NCBI GenBank assembly: GCA_965223705.1 | Contig: OZ245015.1 | Span: forward strand, 576,001-640,000 | DNA length: 64,000 bases | From: Myxococcota bacterium | Lineage (GTDB): Bacteria; Myxococcota_A; UBA9160; UBA6930 | Direction of reading: 5' to 3' | Part shown: positions 26,171 through 35,519 of the stretch, piece by piece | Numbering within the stretch: the stretch's first letter is position 1 | How the letters are laid out: each line of letters opens with the position of its first letter | The notes under the pieces: generated by a model | What the model was told of the DNA's origin: nothing | The model's database searches: none | What the model saw: the letters and a program-made list of their open reading frames with translations, nothing else | Program-made: the position numbers and the translations under genes

Positions 26171-26266
26171 CGGCGAAGCGGCTGAGCGCAAGCGCTAGCG
26201 GCGAAGCCGACCCGGCTGAGCGCAAGCGCTAGCGGCGAAGCCGACCCGGCTGAGCGCAAGCGCTAG
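26146..26266. repeat. Tandem repeat, 4 copies of GGCTGAGCGCAAGCGCTA (28/34/34-bp period)
   Basis: Copies at 26152, 26180, 26214, 26248. Confidence 0.9.
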
Positions 26267-26328
26267 TTCTGAAGCGTTGACGGTCACTCGGATAGTTTTC
26301 ACACTCCCCCACGGTCTTTGGGGGGATC

Positions 26329-26625
26329 ATGAAACGCTTCTTCGCCGCTCTTCTCGTGTGCGCGTTCGCCGTGAGCGCGACCGGGTGCGTCTACACCAAC
26401 ATCACCGCGCCGCTCGACACGGATCTCGACGCGACGGAACTCGGGAGCAAGGTCGGACGCTCGGAAGCACAGAGCGTTCTCGGTCTCGTCGCGTGGGGCG
26501 ACGCCGGAACCCAGGCCGCGGCGAACGAAGGCGGCATCACCACATTGCGCCACGCCGACCGTGAGGTGTTTTCGATCCTCGGCGTCGTCTACGTCCGCAG
26601 CCGGACGGTGGTCTACGGCGACTAG
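26329..26625 (+). CDS. TRL-like family lipoprotein
   Basis: Lipobox ATGC; SKVG..EAQSVLGLVAWGDAG..AAA..GGIT...TVVYGD. Confidence 0.8.
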   Translation: MKRFFAALLVCAFAVSATGCVYTNITAPLDTDLDATELGSKVGRSEAQSVLGLVAWGDAGTQAAANEGGITTLRHADREVFSILGVVYVRSRTVVYGD

Positions 26626-26627
26626 TC

Positions 26628-26951
26628 GTGCGATCCGCTGTTCGACTCGCTCTCGCGTCCGCAACGCTCGTCGTGTCGGTGGGCTGTGTGAACGGTGCAA
26701 TCCTCACGCGAACCGTGCGCCCGCTCGACGTCAACCTTCGCGAAACACCGGTCTTCGACCGCACGGCGAGTAGCGGAGCGAACACGGTGCAGTACTACGT
26801 GCGCATCGACTGGGGCAGCTTCGGAACGGGCGACGTGGCGAAGCGCTACGGCTTCTCCGAAATCCATTACGCGGATCTCGAGACGCTCTCCGTTCTGGGG
26901 TTCTTCACGCGCCGCACGGTCCACGTGTACGGCGAACACGCGAAACCGTAA
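26628..26951 (+). CDS. Second TRL-like lipoprotein
   Basis: Lipobox SVGC; aligns with upstream gene (PLD.NL, YADLE..SVLG, VHVYGE). Confidence 0.7.
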   Translation: MRSAVRLALASATLVVSVGCVNGAILTRTVRPLDVNLRETPVFDRTASSGANTVQYYVRIDWGSFGTGDVAKRYGFSEIHYADLETLSVLGFFTRRTVHVYGEHAKP

Positions 26952-27134
26952 CCACAGCGTTCTGCCAGGCCTCGAAACCGTCACCAGACGCGCAGGCCGC
27001 GGTTGTTTTTCTCCGACAATCCCCCTCAACTAGTCACGAAACCTCCCGCCTGGTGTGACCCCTTCGGCGTTTGGCGTTCCTAGGCTCCTATGGGATTTGG
27101 GAGCCGTGTGGGAGCGGCTTTGGGGGAACGGCTT

Positions 27135-27902
27135 ATGAGAAGTGTATTTTCGATTCGCGCCGTGGCAGCGGGCGCTCTCGCGGTGTTGCTTGCCACGTCG
27201 GCGAATGCCGCGACTTTTTCGCCCTCGGTCTGGTTGGAGATCCAAAGCAACGAGGGCAGCTCGAACGTGAGCTTCAATCAGTTCGGCAGCATGAGCGGGA
27301 CGGAGACCGAGGTCGCCACCTGGACGATGGTGGGGCCGTGGACCGATGGGAACGGGGTTTGGGTCAACTCTTGGGAGACCGATCTCAAGGTCGATCCTTT
27401 CGTGACGAATAGCCTCGACGTGACGAACAGCTCCGCTGTAGCGCAGACCTTCGTCGCGACCATCTTGCTACCGATTCCGGCGTTCAGCTACGACGAGATT
27501 GTCGGCTCGAGTCTCGGTGCCACGGTGACCGACAGTGACGGCAACAACGTGCTGAGTTTCTCGGACAATGCTGTCGTTACGATGTATCAGGGGTTGATCA
27601 ACGGTGTGTCCCTTCTCGATCTGAATACGCCCGCCAACCCGATTACGACGGCCGACTGTCCGGTTGCATTCGGAGGGTGCACGGCCGTTTCCGCGACGGG
27701 TGTGGCTTCCCTGGCGGTCGCTCCCGGAATCGCAAACGAGATCGGTATCACGCTCACATTTACGCTCAGCCCCGGAGACTCGGCGGCGGTGACGAGCCGT
27801 TTCGAGATCGTGCCCGAGCCCGGCACGGTGGCGCTCCTGACCATGGGCTTGGTCGGCCTCGGCTATTCGGGCCGAGTTCGACGCATCCGAGGCGCCGCAT
27901 AG
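27135..27902 (+). CDS. PEP-CTERM sorting-domain surface protein
   Basis: Signal peptide (SANA), S/T-rich body, C-terminal VPEPGT-hydrophobic-RVRR. Confidence 0.9.
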   Translation: MRSVFSIRAVAAGALAVLLATSANAATFSPSVWLEIQSNEGSSNVSFNQFGSMSGTETEVATWTMVGPWTDGNGVWVNSWETDLKVDPFVTNSLDVTNSSAVAQTFVATILLPIPAFSYDEIVGSSLGATVTDSDGNNVLSFSDNAVVTMYQGLINGVSLLDLNTPANPITTADCPVAFGGCTAVSATGVASLAVAPGIANEIGITLTFTLSPGDSAAVTSRFEIVPEPGTVALLTMGLVGLGYSGRVRRIRGAA

Positions 27903-28061
27903 GACCGCTCCGTGGGGGACCCTGCCCCTCGGGTCCCGCACGCCACACCCTCGCCGAACGGTTCGCCGTTCTGAATGGGTTACCCTCACGGGCTGCCAGC
28001 ACTTTGGCTGGCCGGCACCGGGAGCCAGGGCTTCCGGCCGACCTGTGAGGCGACCGATCCG

Positions 28062-28310
28062 ATGAGCAACTTCGTTTTCAACCGACCGACGGAACTCTTC
28101 CCGGTTCAGGAGCGCGAACCCGTAGCGGGTGCCTGCTCCGAGTGCGGGGAAGAGCACTTGCAGCGCTACCCCGTCTTGTCCGAAGGCGGTTGGTTCATGG
28201 TGGTAAAGTGCCAAACGTGTCTCCATTCCGAGAGCCGCGAACGTTGGCACCGGTTGGGGCACGTGCAGCTCGCTACAGACGCGCTCGCCCGCTCGGGTTC
28301 GGAGGGCTAG
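28062..28310 (+). CDS. Small Zn-ribbon protein heading hydantoinase/oxoprolinase operon
   Basis: CSEC...CQTC; 4 nt before hydantoinase A start. Confidence 0.7.
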   Translation: MSNFVFNRPTELFPVQEREPVAGACSECGEEHLQRYPVLSEGGWFMVVKCQTCLHSESRERWHRLGHVQLATDALARSGSEG

Positions 28311-28314
28311 CGCG

Positions 28315-30336
28315 ATGATGGCAGTCGATGTCGGGGGCACGTTTACCGACGTGGTGTCCGTCGAAGACGGACAGATCCGGACGGCAAAGGTTTCGACGGA
28401 CGGTGAGCAAGTCGATCGTGGCGTGATCGAAGGAGCGCAGGAGCTCTCCGTCGAGGCCGCGACGGTGTTCAACCACGCGAGCACCCATGGGTTGAACGCG
28501 ATCATCACGAGGTCGCTCCCCAAGATCGGCTTTCTCACGACGGAAGGTCATCGGGACATTCCGGATATGGGGCGTTGCTGGCGCCCCGCTTCGGCGGTGA
28601 CCGACCCGACCTGGCGGCGCTCGTTCGGCGACGCGATGAAGCCGCTTGTCGAGCGCTATCTGCGCCGGGGCATCGTCGAGCGGATGATGGCCTCGGGCGA
28701 GGTGTTCACGCCCCTCGATGAAGATCAAGCGCGAGAACAGATCCGGGTGCTCGGGCGCTGCGACGTTGCGGGCGTCGCGATCTGCTTGATCAACGCGTAC
28801 ACGAATGACGCTCACGAGAAGCGGTTGCGTGAGCTCGTGCGCGAAGAGCTCGGCGACGTTCCCTGCTCGGTGTCGAGCGAGATTTCGCCGCTCGCGAAGG
28901 AATACGCACGCGCGTCGACGACCTTAGTCGACGTGTTCATGAAGATCATCTACCAGGAGTACACCGAGCGCCTCGACGCCGGCTTGCGGAAGGCGGGCTT
29001 TTCCGGCGAGCTCAACTTCGCCGACTGCACAGCGAACCTCGTCCCGGCGCGCGACGCGATGTCGAACCCGTTCCAGGTGGTCTTCTCGGGCCCGGCGGCG
29101 GGCACCGTGGGTTGCGCACACTTCGGCAAACTGATCGACGCGTCGAATCTCCTCTGCGCCGATGTCGGCGGCACGTCGTGCGACATCAGCCTGGTCACCG
29201 ACGGCCAACCGTTCGTGAACACGACCTTCGAGCTCGAGCACGACCTCATCGTCAATGCGCTCTCGAACGACATTTCGAGCATCGGTGCCGGCGGCGGTAG
29301 CATCGTCGCGATCTCCGCGACGGGCGACGTCACCGTCGGCCCCGAGAGCGCCGGAGCCGCGCCCGGGCCCGCGTGCTACGGGCGGGGCGGCACGCAACCG
29401 ACGATGACGGATCTTTGCGTGCTCGCGGGTCTGCTCGATCCCGGCGCCTTTGCCGGCGGCAAGATGTCGCTCGACGCCGATCTAGCACGCCAGGCGTTCG
29501 AAAATCTCGACACGCCGTTGCCCTTCGAACAGCGGGTCCGTTACGCGTACGACATCGGCTTGAACAACATCGCCGAAGGCATCTTCAATATCGCGATCAA
29601 GCACGGCATCGATCCGCGCGACTACACCTTGGTCGCCTACGGAGCCGCGGGGCCGCTGCTGCTCCCGGCGATCGCCGATCTCATCCGTGTGAGTCGTGTC
29701 GTCGTCCCGCCGCACCCCGGGTTGTTCTCGGCGTTGGGTCTGCTCTCCGCCGATCAGGCGTACTCGTTGAGCCGAAGCGCTTACACCGTGCTCACGCCGG
29801 ATTCCGCCGATCAAATCGGCCGGGTCTTCGAGCAAATGGAAAAGCAGTTGCGAGAACGGCTCGGCGGGGGCGACTACGAACTCGTGCGGTCGTTCGATGG
29901 GCAGTTGATGGGTCAGACCTGGGACACACCGTTCGTCGCTGTCCCCAGCGGGCGGCTCGACGCCGACACCATCGGCGGCATGATCAAGAACTTCCACGAC
30001 GCGTACGAAGCGCACCACGGCAACCGCTTCGAGGCGATCCCGGTGCAGGGCGTGACCTATCGCGTTCGCGCCGTCGTCCCGACCGAGAAGGTGCAGTACG
30101 CCGAGCTGCCGGAGCGCGGGAGCGAGCCCCTCCGCAGCATCGGAACGAGCGTGTTGCGGTACCTCACCGACGGGGAGCAGCTCGCACAGGTCTACGACCG
30201 CGAATCGCTGCGGGCCGGCGACGAAGTGCCGGGGCCGGCGATCATCCGCGAGGCGCTCTCGACGACGCACATCACGCAGAATCAAGTCGCTCGAGTAGGA
30301 CGCTTCGGCGAACTCAGCATCGAACAGAGCGCATAG
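28315..30336 (+). CDS. Hydantoinase A/oxoprolinase family ATP-binding subunit
   Basis: DVGGTFTD, SGPAAG, DVGGTSCD, GAGGGS, GPESAGAAPGPACYGRGG. Confidence 0.93.
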   Translation: MMAVDVGGTFTDVVSVEDGQIRTAKVSTDGEQVDRGVIEGAQELSVEAATVFNHASTHGLNAIITRSLPKIGFLTTEGHRDIPDMGRCWRPASAVTDPTWRRSFGDAMKPLVERYLRRGIVERMMASGEVFTPLDEDQAREQIRVLGRCDVAGVAICLINAYTNDAHEKRLRELVREELGDVPCSVSSEISPLAKEYARASTTLVDVFMKIIYQEYTERLDAGLRKAGFSGELNFADCTANLVPARDAMSNPFQVVFSGPAAGTVGCAHFGKLIDASNLLCADVGGTSCDISLVTDGQPFVNTTFELEHDLIVNALSNDISSIGAGGGSIVAISATGDVTVGPESAGAAPGPACYGRGGTQPTMTDLCVLAGLLDPGAFAGGKMSLDADLARQAFENLDTPLPFEQRVRYAYDIGLNNIAEGIFNIAIKHGIDPRDYTLVAYGAAGPLLLPAIADLIRVSRVVVPPHPGLFSALGLLSADQAYSLSRSAYTVLTPDSADQIGRVFEQMEKQLRERLGGGDYELVRSFDGQLMGQTWDTPFVAVPSGRLDADTIGGMIKNFHDAYEAHHGNRFEAIPVQGVTYRVRAVVPTEKVQYAELPERGSEPLRSIGTSVLRYLTDGEQLAQVYDRESLRAGDEVPGPAIIREALSTTHITQNQVARVGRFGELSIEQSA

Positions 30337-30344
30337 GGGATTCC

Positions 30345-32309
30345 ATGAGCCAGCAAATTACGCCCCACCCGGAACACGATCAGAACAGTGACCGCCTGCG
30401 CAACTGGACCGAAGAGCAGTTCGAGCGCGCCTACCACTGCGATCGTTTCACGGCGACCGTGTTGTCGAACCGCCTGCGTTACACCACCGATCACATGGGC
30501 ACCGGGCTCATGGTGGGATCCTTCTCTCCCATCATCAGCGACTGGTACGACTTCGCGATCAGCATCTCCGGGCCGCCGGACATGGATTACGCGATGCCGG
30601 CGGTGAGCAGCAGCCTGCTCGTCTTCCTGGGGACGATGGAAGACGCGTGCCGCAACATCGTCGAGGAATACGGCCCCGAAAACTTGAAGCCCGGCGACGT
30701 GCTGATCTGCAACGATCCCTATCGAAACGGTCGCCACGTAAACGACGTGTGCTTCATTCGCCCCGTATTCCACCGGGACAAGCTCACCGCGTTCGTCAAC
30801 GTCTGCGCCCATCAGCTCGACATGGGCGGGATCGTGCCCGGCGGTTTCAGCGCGTCGAAAGCGAACGTGTTCGAAACCGGCCTCGTCATGGGACCGACGC
30901 TCCTGTTCGAAAACGACGAGATGGTGCGTCGGACGATGAGCCTGGTGTTCGACAACACCCGCTTTGGGGAGCTCCTGCGAGCGGATTTCATGACGATGTT
31001 CGAGCAGCTCCAGCTCGGCGAGCGACTCGTCGGAGAGATCATCGAGCGCTACGGCATCGACGCGTTCCGCGGCACGGTGCGCTACTGCTGCGACGCCTCG
31101 GCGGAGATGATGCGCGATTCGTTCGAAGCCCTGCCCGACGGCGTCTACGAAACCGAGGATTGTCTCGACGCCGACGGCGCGGGAGACGACGAAGAACTCG
31201 TCGTGCGCGCGAAGGTCACGAAAGCGCGCGGCCGCATCGAAGTCGATCTCAGCGGCTCTTCACGGCAAGCACGCACGTGCATCAACGCAGGGCCCCTCGA
31301 CGCGAAGACCGCGATCGGCGCGGTGTTCAAGATTCTCTTCGACCGAAAGTCGCCGTTTACATCCGGCGCCTACCGTCACATCGACGTGGTGGTGCCCCCC
31401 GGAACGGTGTTGTCGGCCATGCCGCCCGACGGCGCCATCATGCTCTATTGGGAAGTCACCCAGACACTGCTCTGCGCCATCCTTCGCGAGCTCGGCCGCG
31501 CGATGGGCGACGTGTCTGTCGGCGGGGACTACGGTGCGATGAGCGTCCACAACGCGCACGGCCTTCGGCCCGACGGAACGCCGTGGTCGAACGTCGTCAT
31601 CTGTGGAGGCGAGCACGGACCCTGGGGCGCCGACAAGGATCACGACGGCGACAGCTACACCCTGACTTACATGGTGAATGCGATCGACCCGCCGACGGAA
31701 ACGATGGAGCAGGATTCTCCGGTGCTGATGATGCGCAAGGAGTACGCCATCGATACCGGCGGCCCGGGAGAAAACCGCGGCGGCGCGAGCGTCGTCAAGG
31801 ACGCGTTCTGGCAGGAGCCCGGCGAGCACCACACGTCGCCGCTTCGCTACAAGCGGCCGACCGGCTTCGGAACGAACGGCGGTGAGCCGGGGAAGCTCGG
31901 TGCGGCGTGGTTCTTCGACCCGGAGGTCGTTCCCGAGAACGGGCTTCTTCCGCGCGATCCGGCCGTCTACAAAGGCTCGACGCCGCTCGCGGGAATGCTC
32001 GACCCCGAAACGAAAGCGCTCGATCCCGAAGGCGAGTTCTTCTACTTCGCGCGTCAGCCGATCTGGCGGACGAAGAAGGGCGCCATGACGCGCTACCAGA
32101 CGAACGGCGGCGGCGGCTGGGGTGAGCCCCTCCGTCGCGAGCCCGACCGCGTGCTGTCCGACGTTCGCAACGGCTACGCCAGCCTCGAGCATGCCCGGGA
32201 GGCGTACGGCGTCGTCATCAACGGCGATCCCGATCGCGACCCCGAGGGCCTCGTTCTCGACCTCGACGCCACCCGCGCGCTGCGCGCGCGCATGGAGGGC
32301 ACGCGCTAG
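30345..32309 (+). CDS. Hydantoinase B/oxoprolinase family subunit
   Basis: PGDVLICNDPY, HVND, HQLDMGG, DTGGPGENRGG, GGGGWGEP; start re-set to ATG 30345. Confidence 0.92.
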   Translation: MSQQITPHPEHDQNSDRLRNWTEEQFERAYHCDRFTATVLSNRLRYTTDHMGTGLMVGSFSPIISDWYDFAISISGPPDMDYAMPAVSSSLLVFLGTMEDACRNIVEEYGPENLKPGDVLICNDPYRNGRHVNDVCFIRPVFHRDKLTAFVNVCAHQLDMGGIVPGGFSASKANVFETGLVMGPTLLFENDEMVRRTMSLVFDNTRFGELLRADFMTMFEQLQLGERLVGEIIERYGIDAFRGTVRYCCDASAEMMRDSFEALPDGVYETEDCLDADGAGDDEELVVRAKVTKARGRIEVDLSGSSRQARTCINAGPLDAKTAIGAVFKILFDRKSPFTSGAYRHIDVVVPPGTVLSAMPPDGAIMLYWEVTQTLLCAILRELGRAMGDVSVGGDYGAMSVHNAHGLRPDGTPWSNVVICGGEHGPWGADKDHDGDSYTLTYMVNAIDPPTETMEQDSPVLMMRKEYAIDTGGPGENRGGASVVKDAFWQEPGEHHTSPLRYKRPTGFGTNGGEPGKLGAAWFFDPEVVPENGLLPRDPAVYKGSTPLAGMLDPETKALDPEGEFFYFARQPIWRTKKGAMTRYQTNGGGGWGEPLRREPDRVLSDVRNGYASLEHAREAYGVVINGDPDRDPEGLVLDLDATRALRARMEGTR

Positions 32310-32322
32310 TTCCCGCGGGCTC

Positions 32323-33441
32323 CTAGTGGAGTGTGGCGAGAGCGAAGGCGGTGCCCGCTGCGAGAATCGCGGCGAGAGGCAGCGTGACAACCCAAGCGAA
32401 CACCACGGTCGCGACGACGCGCCAGTCGGTGCGGCTGTGGATGCCGATACCGAAGATCGCCCCCGCCGAGACGTGCGTCGTGGAAACCGGGCTGCCGAGC
32501 AGCGACGCGCCGATCACCAGGCCGCTTCCGACGGCGTTAGCGAGGAGACCCTGCCCGTGGGTGAGCGACGTGATTCGGTGTGCCAGGGTTTCTGCAACTC
32601 GCCGCGCTGAAAGCCAACCACCGAGTGCCATCGCGAACGCCACGCCGCAGAGCGCCCAGCGCGGGTCGATCGCGAGCCAGCCCGCCGCCACCAGGAGTGC
32701 CAGTACTTTGGGCGTGTCGTTCAGGCCGCGCGCGAAGCCCAAGGCAAAGCCCGAAACCATGTGGAGTCGATCGAGGACACCCTGAAACGAGATGCCGAGC
32801 AGCGAGCCCGCGTAGATCGCTCGACAGGCGGATTGTTGATCGATGGTGAGCGCGACGCCGGTTCGACGGAGCACCATGGAACCGTCGCCGCTGATATCGA
32901 CGGGATCGCGCGTCGTTCCGACGCAGATGCAGAGGTCGCTCTCGACTCCGAGTCGTTTGCGGATCCCGTGAAACAGGGGGTAGAGAAGCGCCGTGGTTCC
33001 GATCGCCAAGAACGGGCTCAAGAGGAGCGGCGCAAAGTAGCTACCGGCGAGAGCCGACCAAACCAAGTCGCCGGGCGCCAGGGCGATTCCGGCGCCCGCA
33101 AGCCCGCCGACCAGTGCGTGCGTCGTCGAGATCGGTCCCCCGACAAAGGTCGCGAGAAGCACGGTCCCCCCGGCACCGAGTCCGACCGAAACGAGGAAAG
33201 CGGGGTCTCCGACGACCGCGTCGGGCACGAGACCTTTGCCCCCGAAGGCCGTGAGCAGGCCGGCGGCGAGCGCCACCGAGGCGGCTGAACCCGTGAGCTG
33301 CGCGATCGTAGCCAGGGCGCGCGCATGCGGATAGCCGATCGTCCCCGAGCCGTAGAGCGTCGCCGTGGCTTTCACGTTGTCGTTCGCACCGTTCGCGTAG
33401 GCGAGCAACAACGCAGCGGTCACCAGGAGTACAAGGAGCAA
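32323..33441 (-). CDS. Inorganic phosphate transporter (PiT family)
   Basis: NGANDN, PISTTHALVG, RGLNDTPK, PVSTTHV. Confidence 0.88.
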   Translation of the reverse strand: MLLVLLVTAALLLAYANGANDNVKATATLYGSGTIGYPHARALATIAQLTGSAASVALAAGLLTAFGGKGLVPDAVVGDPAFLVSVGLGAGGTVLLATFVGGPISTTHALVGGLAGAGIALAPGDLVWSALAGSYFAPLLLSPFLAIGTTALLYPLFHGIRKRLGVESDLCICVGTTRDPVDISGDGSMVLRRTGVALTIDQQSACRAIYAGSLLGISFQGVLDRLHMVSGFALGFARGLNDTPKVLALLVAAGWLAIDPRWALCGVAFAMALGGWLSARRVAETLAHRITSLTHGQGLLANAVGSGLVIGASLLGSPVSTTHVSAGAIFGIGIHSRTDWRVVATVVFAWVVTLPLAAILAAGTAFALATLH

Positions 33442-33639
33442 GTGCGCCTCCCGGACGGGACTACGCCATTTCGCCTCCGCCGGTTACGCGAACCCCTGTT
33501 TTTTTGTGGTCTCCGTCACCCTAGCCACGACCGGACGTTAGGTGCTCCCGTTGCCGATCGGTGAACGCATCACCGTTCATGATCGCAAGAGAATGTGGGA
33601 TGATATGCGCCGCGTCGGGAAGGGTACGAGGAAGCCACA

Positions 33640-33945
33640 TTGCGAAATCACAAGCTCATCCATGTCATCCTTGGAGCCGCCTTGCTCGGTCTTACGAGCG
33701 GATGCGCCACGAGTCAGGAAGTGAGTCAGCTCCGCGAAGAACTGCGGCAAACCCGCCAGGAAGTAACGCAGGCTCGGACGGCGGCGGAGAACGCCGATCA
33801 ACGGGCACAGCGGGCGGAGAACGCCGCTCGCTCGGCCAGCATCGAGGCGGGCCGAGCTGCCGACGCGGCCGCCTCGGCGTCGGCGGAAGCTCGCGCCGCG
33901 AGCGACAAGGCCGAGCGCGTCTTCAAGGCGTCCCTGCGGAAGTAA
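33640..33945 (+). CDS. Lpp/OprI-like alanine-zipper lipoprotein
   Basis: Lipobox TSGC, Ala-rich heptads, C-terminal ..FKASLRK. Confidence 0.8.
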   Translation: MRNHKLIHVILGAALLGLTSGCATSQEVSQLREELRQTRQEVTQARTAAENADQRAQRAENAARSASIEAGRAADAAASASAEARAASDKAERVFKASLRK

Positions 33946-33951
33946 CGCACC

Positions 33952-34473
33952 ATGCGGCGGCGTTGGCTTCTCTTGCGCAGCTGCGTCTGCATCGGCTGGA
34001 TCGCGGGCCTACTCGCCCTTCCTGTTCGGGCCGGCCCCGAGAGCGCGGCGCAGGCCGACCGCGTGAAGGTCTACAAGTCAGAGCGCAAGCTCTTGCTGCT
34101 TCGTCGCGGGCGCATCCTGCGACAGTACGCGATCGCGCTCGGCCAGAATCCCGAAGGACACAAGCGAGAGTCCGGTGACGGGCGCACGCCCGAAGGGCGC
34201 TACGTCCTCGATTGGCGCAGCGACGAGAGCCGCTTCTACCGGGCCATTCACGTGTCTTATCCGAACGGAGCGGACGTGTTGCAAGCGCGTGAGCGACGGG
34301 TCGACCCCGGAGGCGCGATCATGATCCACGGGTTGCCGAACGGCTTGGGCTTGATCGGATCGGCGCATCGCTTCTTCGACTGGACCGACGGTTGTATCGC
34401 CGTGACGAACGAAGAGATGGATGAAATCTGGGAGCGCGTCCCGGACGGTACGACCATCGAGATCTGGCCCTGA
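33952..34473 (+). CDS. L,D-transpeptidase (YkuD domain)
   Basis: GDGRTPEG.Y, IMIHG, WTDGCIAV. Confidence 0.9.
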   Translation: MRRRWLLLRSCVCIGWIAGLLALPVRAGPESAAQADRVKVYKSERKLLLLRRGRILRQYAIALGQNPEGHKRESGDGRTPEGRYVLDWRSDESRFYRAIHVSYPNGADVLQARERRVDPGGAIMIHGLPNGLGLIGSAHRFFDWTDGCIAVTNEEMDEIWERVPDGTTIEIWP

Positions 34474-35432
34474 TGCCGCGTCGTTGTGTCGCCTGGCTGT
34501 TTGCCGCGAGCTTGTTGTTCGCCTGCGCGAAGCGTCCAGCGCTCGAGGCCCATCCGGAGCCGCAGCCCTCGAACGTCGCGGGCCGACAGGGCGTACACGT
34601 CGCTACGGCCGACGATACGCTGGTCGAGCTCGCCCGAACCTACGCAATCGGCTACGTCGAACTCGTGGCGGCGAACCCCGGGATCGATCCTTGGTTGCCG
34701 CCGGCGGGCACACCGCTCGTTCTTCCGACCGCGCATCTGCTGCCGCCGGGACTCCATGAGGGGGTTGTCATCAACCTCGCCGAGCAGCGCCTCTATTACT
34801 TCGACGCGCCGGGCCCGCCCCGCACTTATCCGATCGGTGTGAGCCGCGCCGGTTGGAGGACCCCCATCGGTGAGACGACCGTCACCCGAAAGGCCGAGGC
34901 TCCGACCTGGTACCCGCCGGAGTCCGCCCGCCGCGAAGATCCGAGCTTGCCGATGGTCGTGCCGCCCGGGCCCGACAATCCCCTTGGCGAGCGGGCCCTC
35001 TACCTGGGCTGGCCCCGCTATCTCATCCACGGGACGAATGAACCGTACGGCGTGGGAAGACGCGTGAGCCGAGGCTGCATCCGGCTCTACCCGGAGCACA
35101 TCGAAGAGCTCTACCCGATGGTCTCGCCGGGGACGAAAGTCCGGGTCATCGACGAGCCCATCAAACTCGATTGGGTCGGGGACGCGCTCTACATCGAGGC
35201 ACATCCGACCCTCAAACAGGCCGGAGAACTCGAGGAGCACGGGTTTTTCCGACCGGTAGAAGCTCCGGAGCTTCGCGAGCGGATACCCGCGATCGCGATC
35301 TCATCCGCCGACCGCGTCGATTGGGCGGCCGTCGACCTCGCGGTGCGCGAACGCCGGGGCGTGCCCATCCCGATCATCCGGGGCTCCAAACCCCGCCCGA
35401 ATTGGCTTTTCAGCCGGCACGCGTCGAGGTGA
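34473..35432 (+). CDS. L,D-transpeptidase with LysM-like domain (ErfK/YbiS type)
   Basis: ANPGIDPWLP, INLAEQRLYY, PGPDNPLG, IHGTN, VSRGCIRL. Confidence 0.92.
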   Translation: MPRRCVAWLFAASLLFACAKRPALEAHPEPQPSNVAGRQGVHVATADDTLVELARTYAIGYVELVAANPGIDPWLPPAGTPLVLPTAHLLPPGLHEGVVINLAEQRLYYFDAPGPPRTYPIGVSRAGWRTPIGETTVTRKAEAPTWYPPESARREDPSLPMVVPPGPDNPLGERALYLGWPRYLIHGTNEPYGVGRRVSRGCIRLYPEHIEELYPMVSPGTKVRVIDEPIKLDWVGDALYIEAHPTLKQAGELEEHGFFRPVEAPELRERIPAIAISSADRVDWAAVDLAVRERRGVPIPIIRGSKPRPNWLFSRHASR

Positions 35433-35519
35433 TTCGTTAGCTTCGAACTCTCGAGACCGGCGCCGGGCTTGCCCCCATCTGCTGGGTCCTTTCTGCTGAG
35501 TCCTTTCGGGAGTGGATGA

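Noticed and set aside
26146..26266. Possible mini CRISPR array
   Set aside because: Intervening sequences are near-identical and only 10-16 nt, the first copy lies in a CDS, and there are no cas genes
29373..30344. N-terminal extension making a 978-aa hydantoinase B
   Set aside because: Arg-rich off-frame read of hydantoinase A; real start with RBS at 30345
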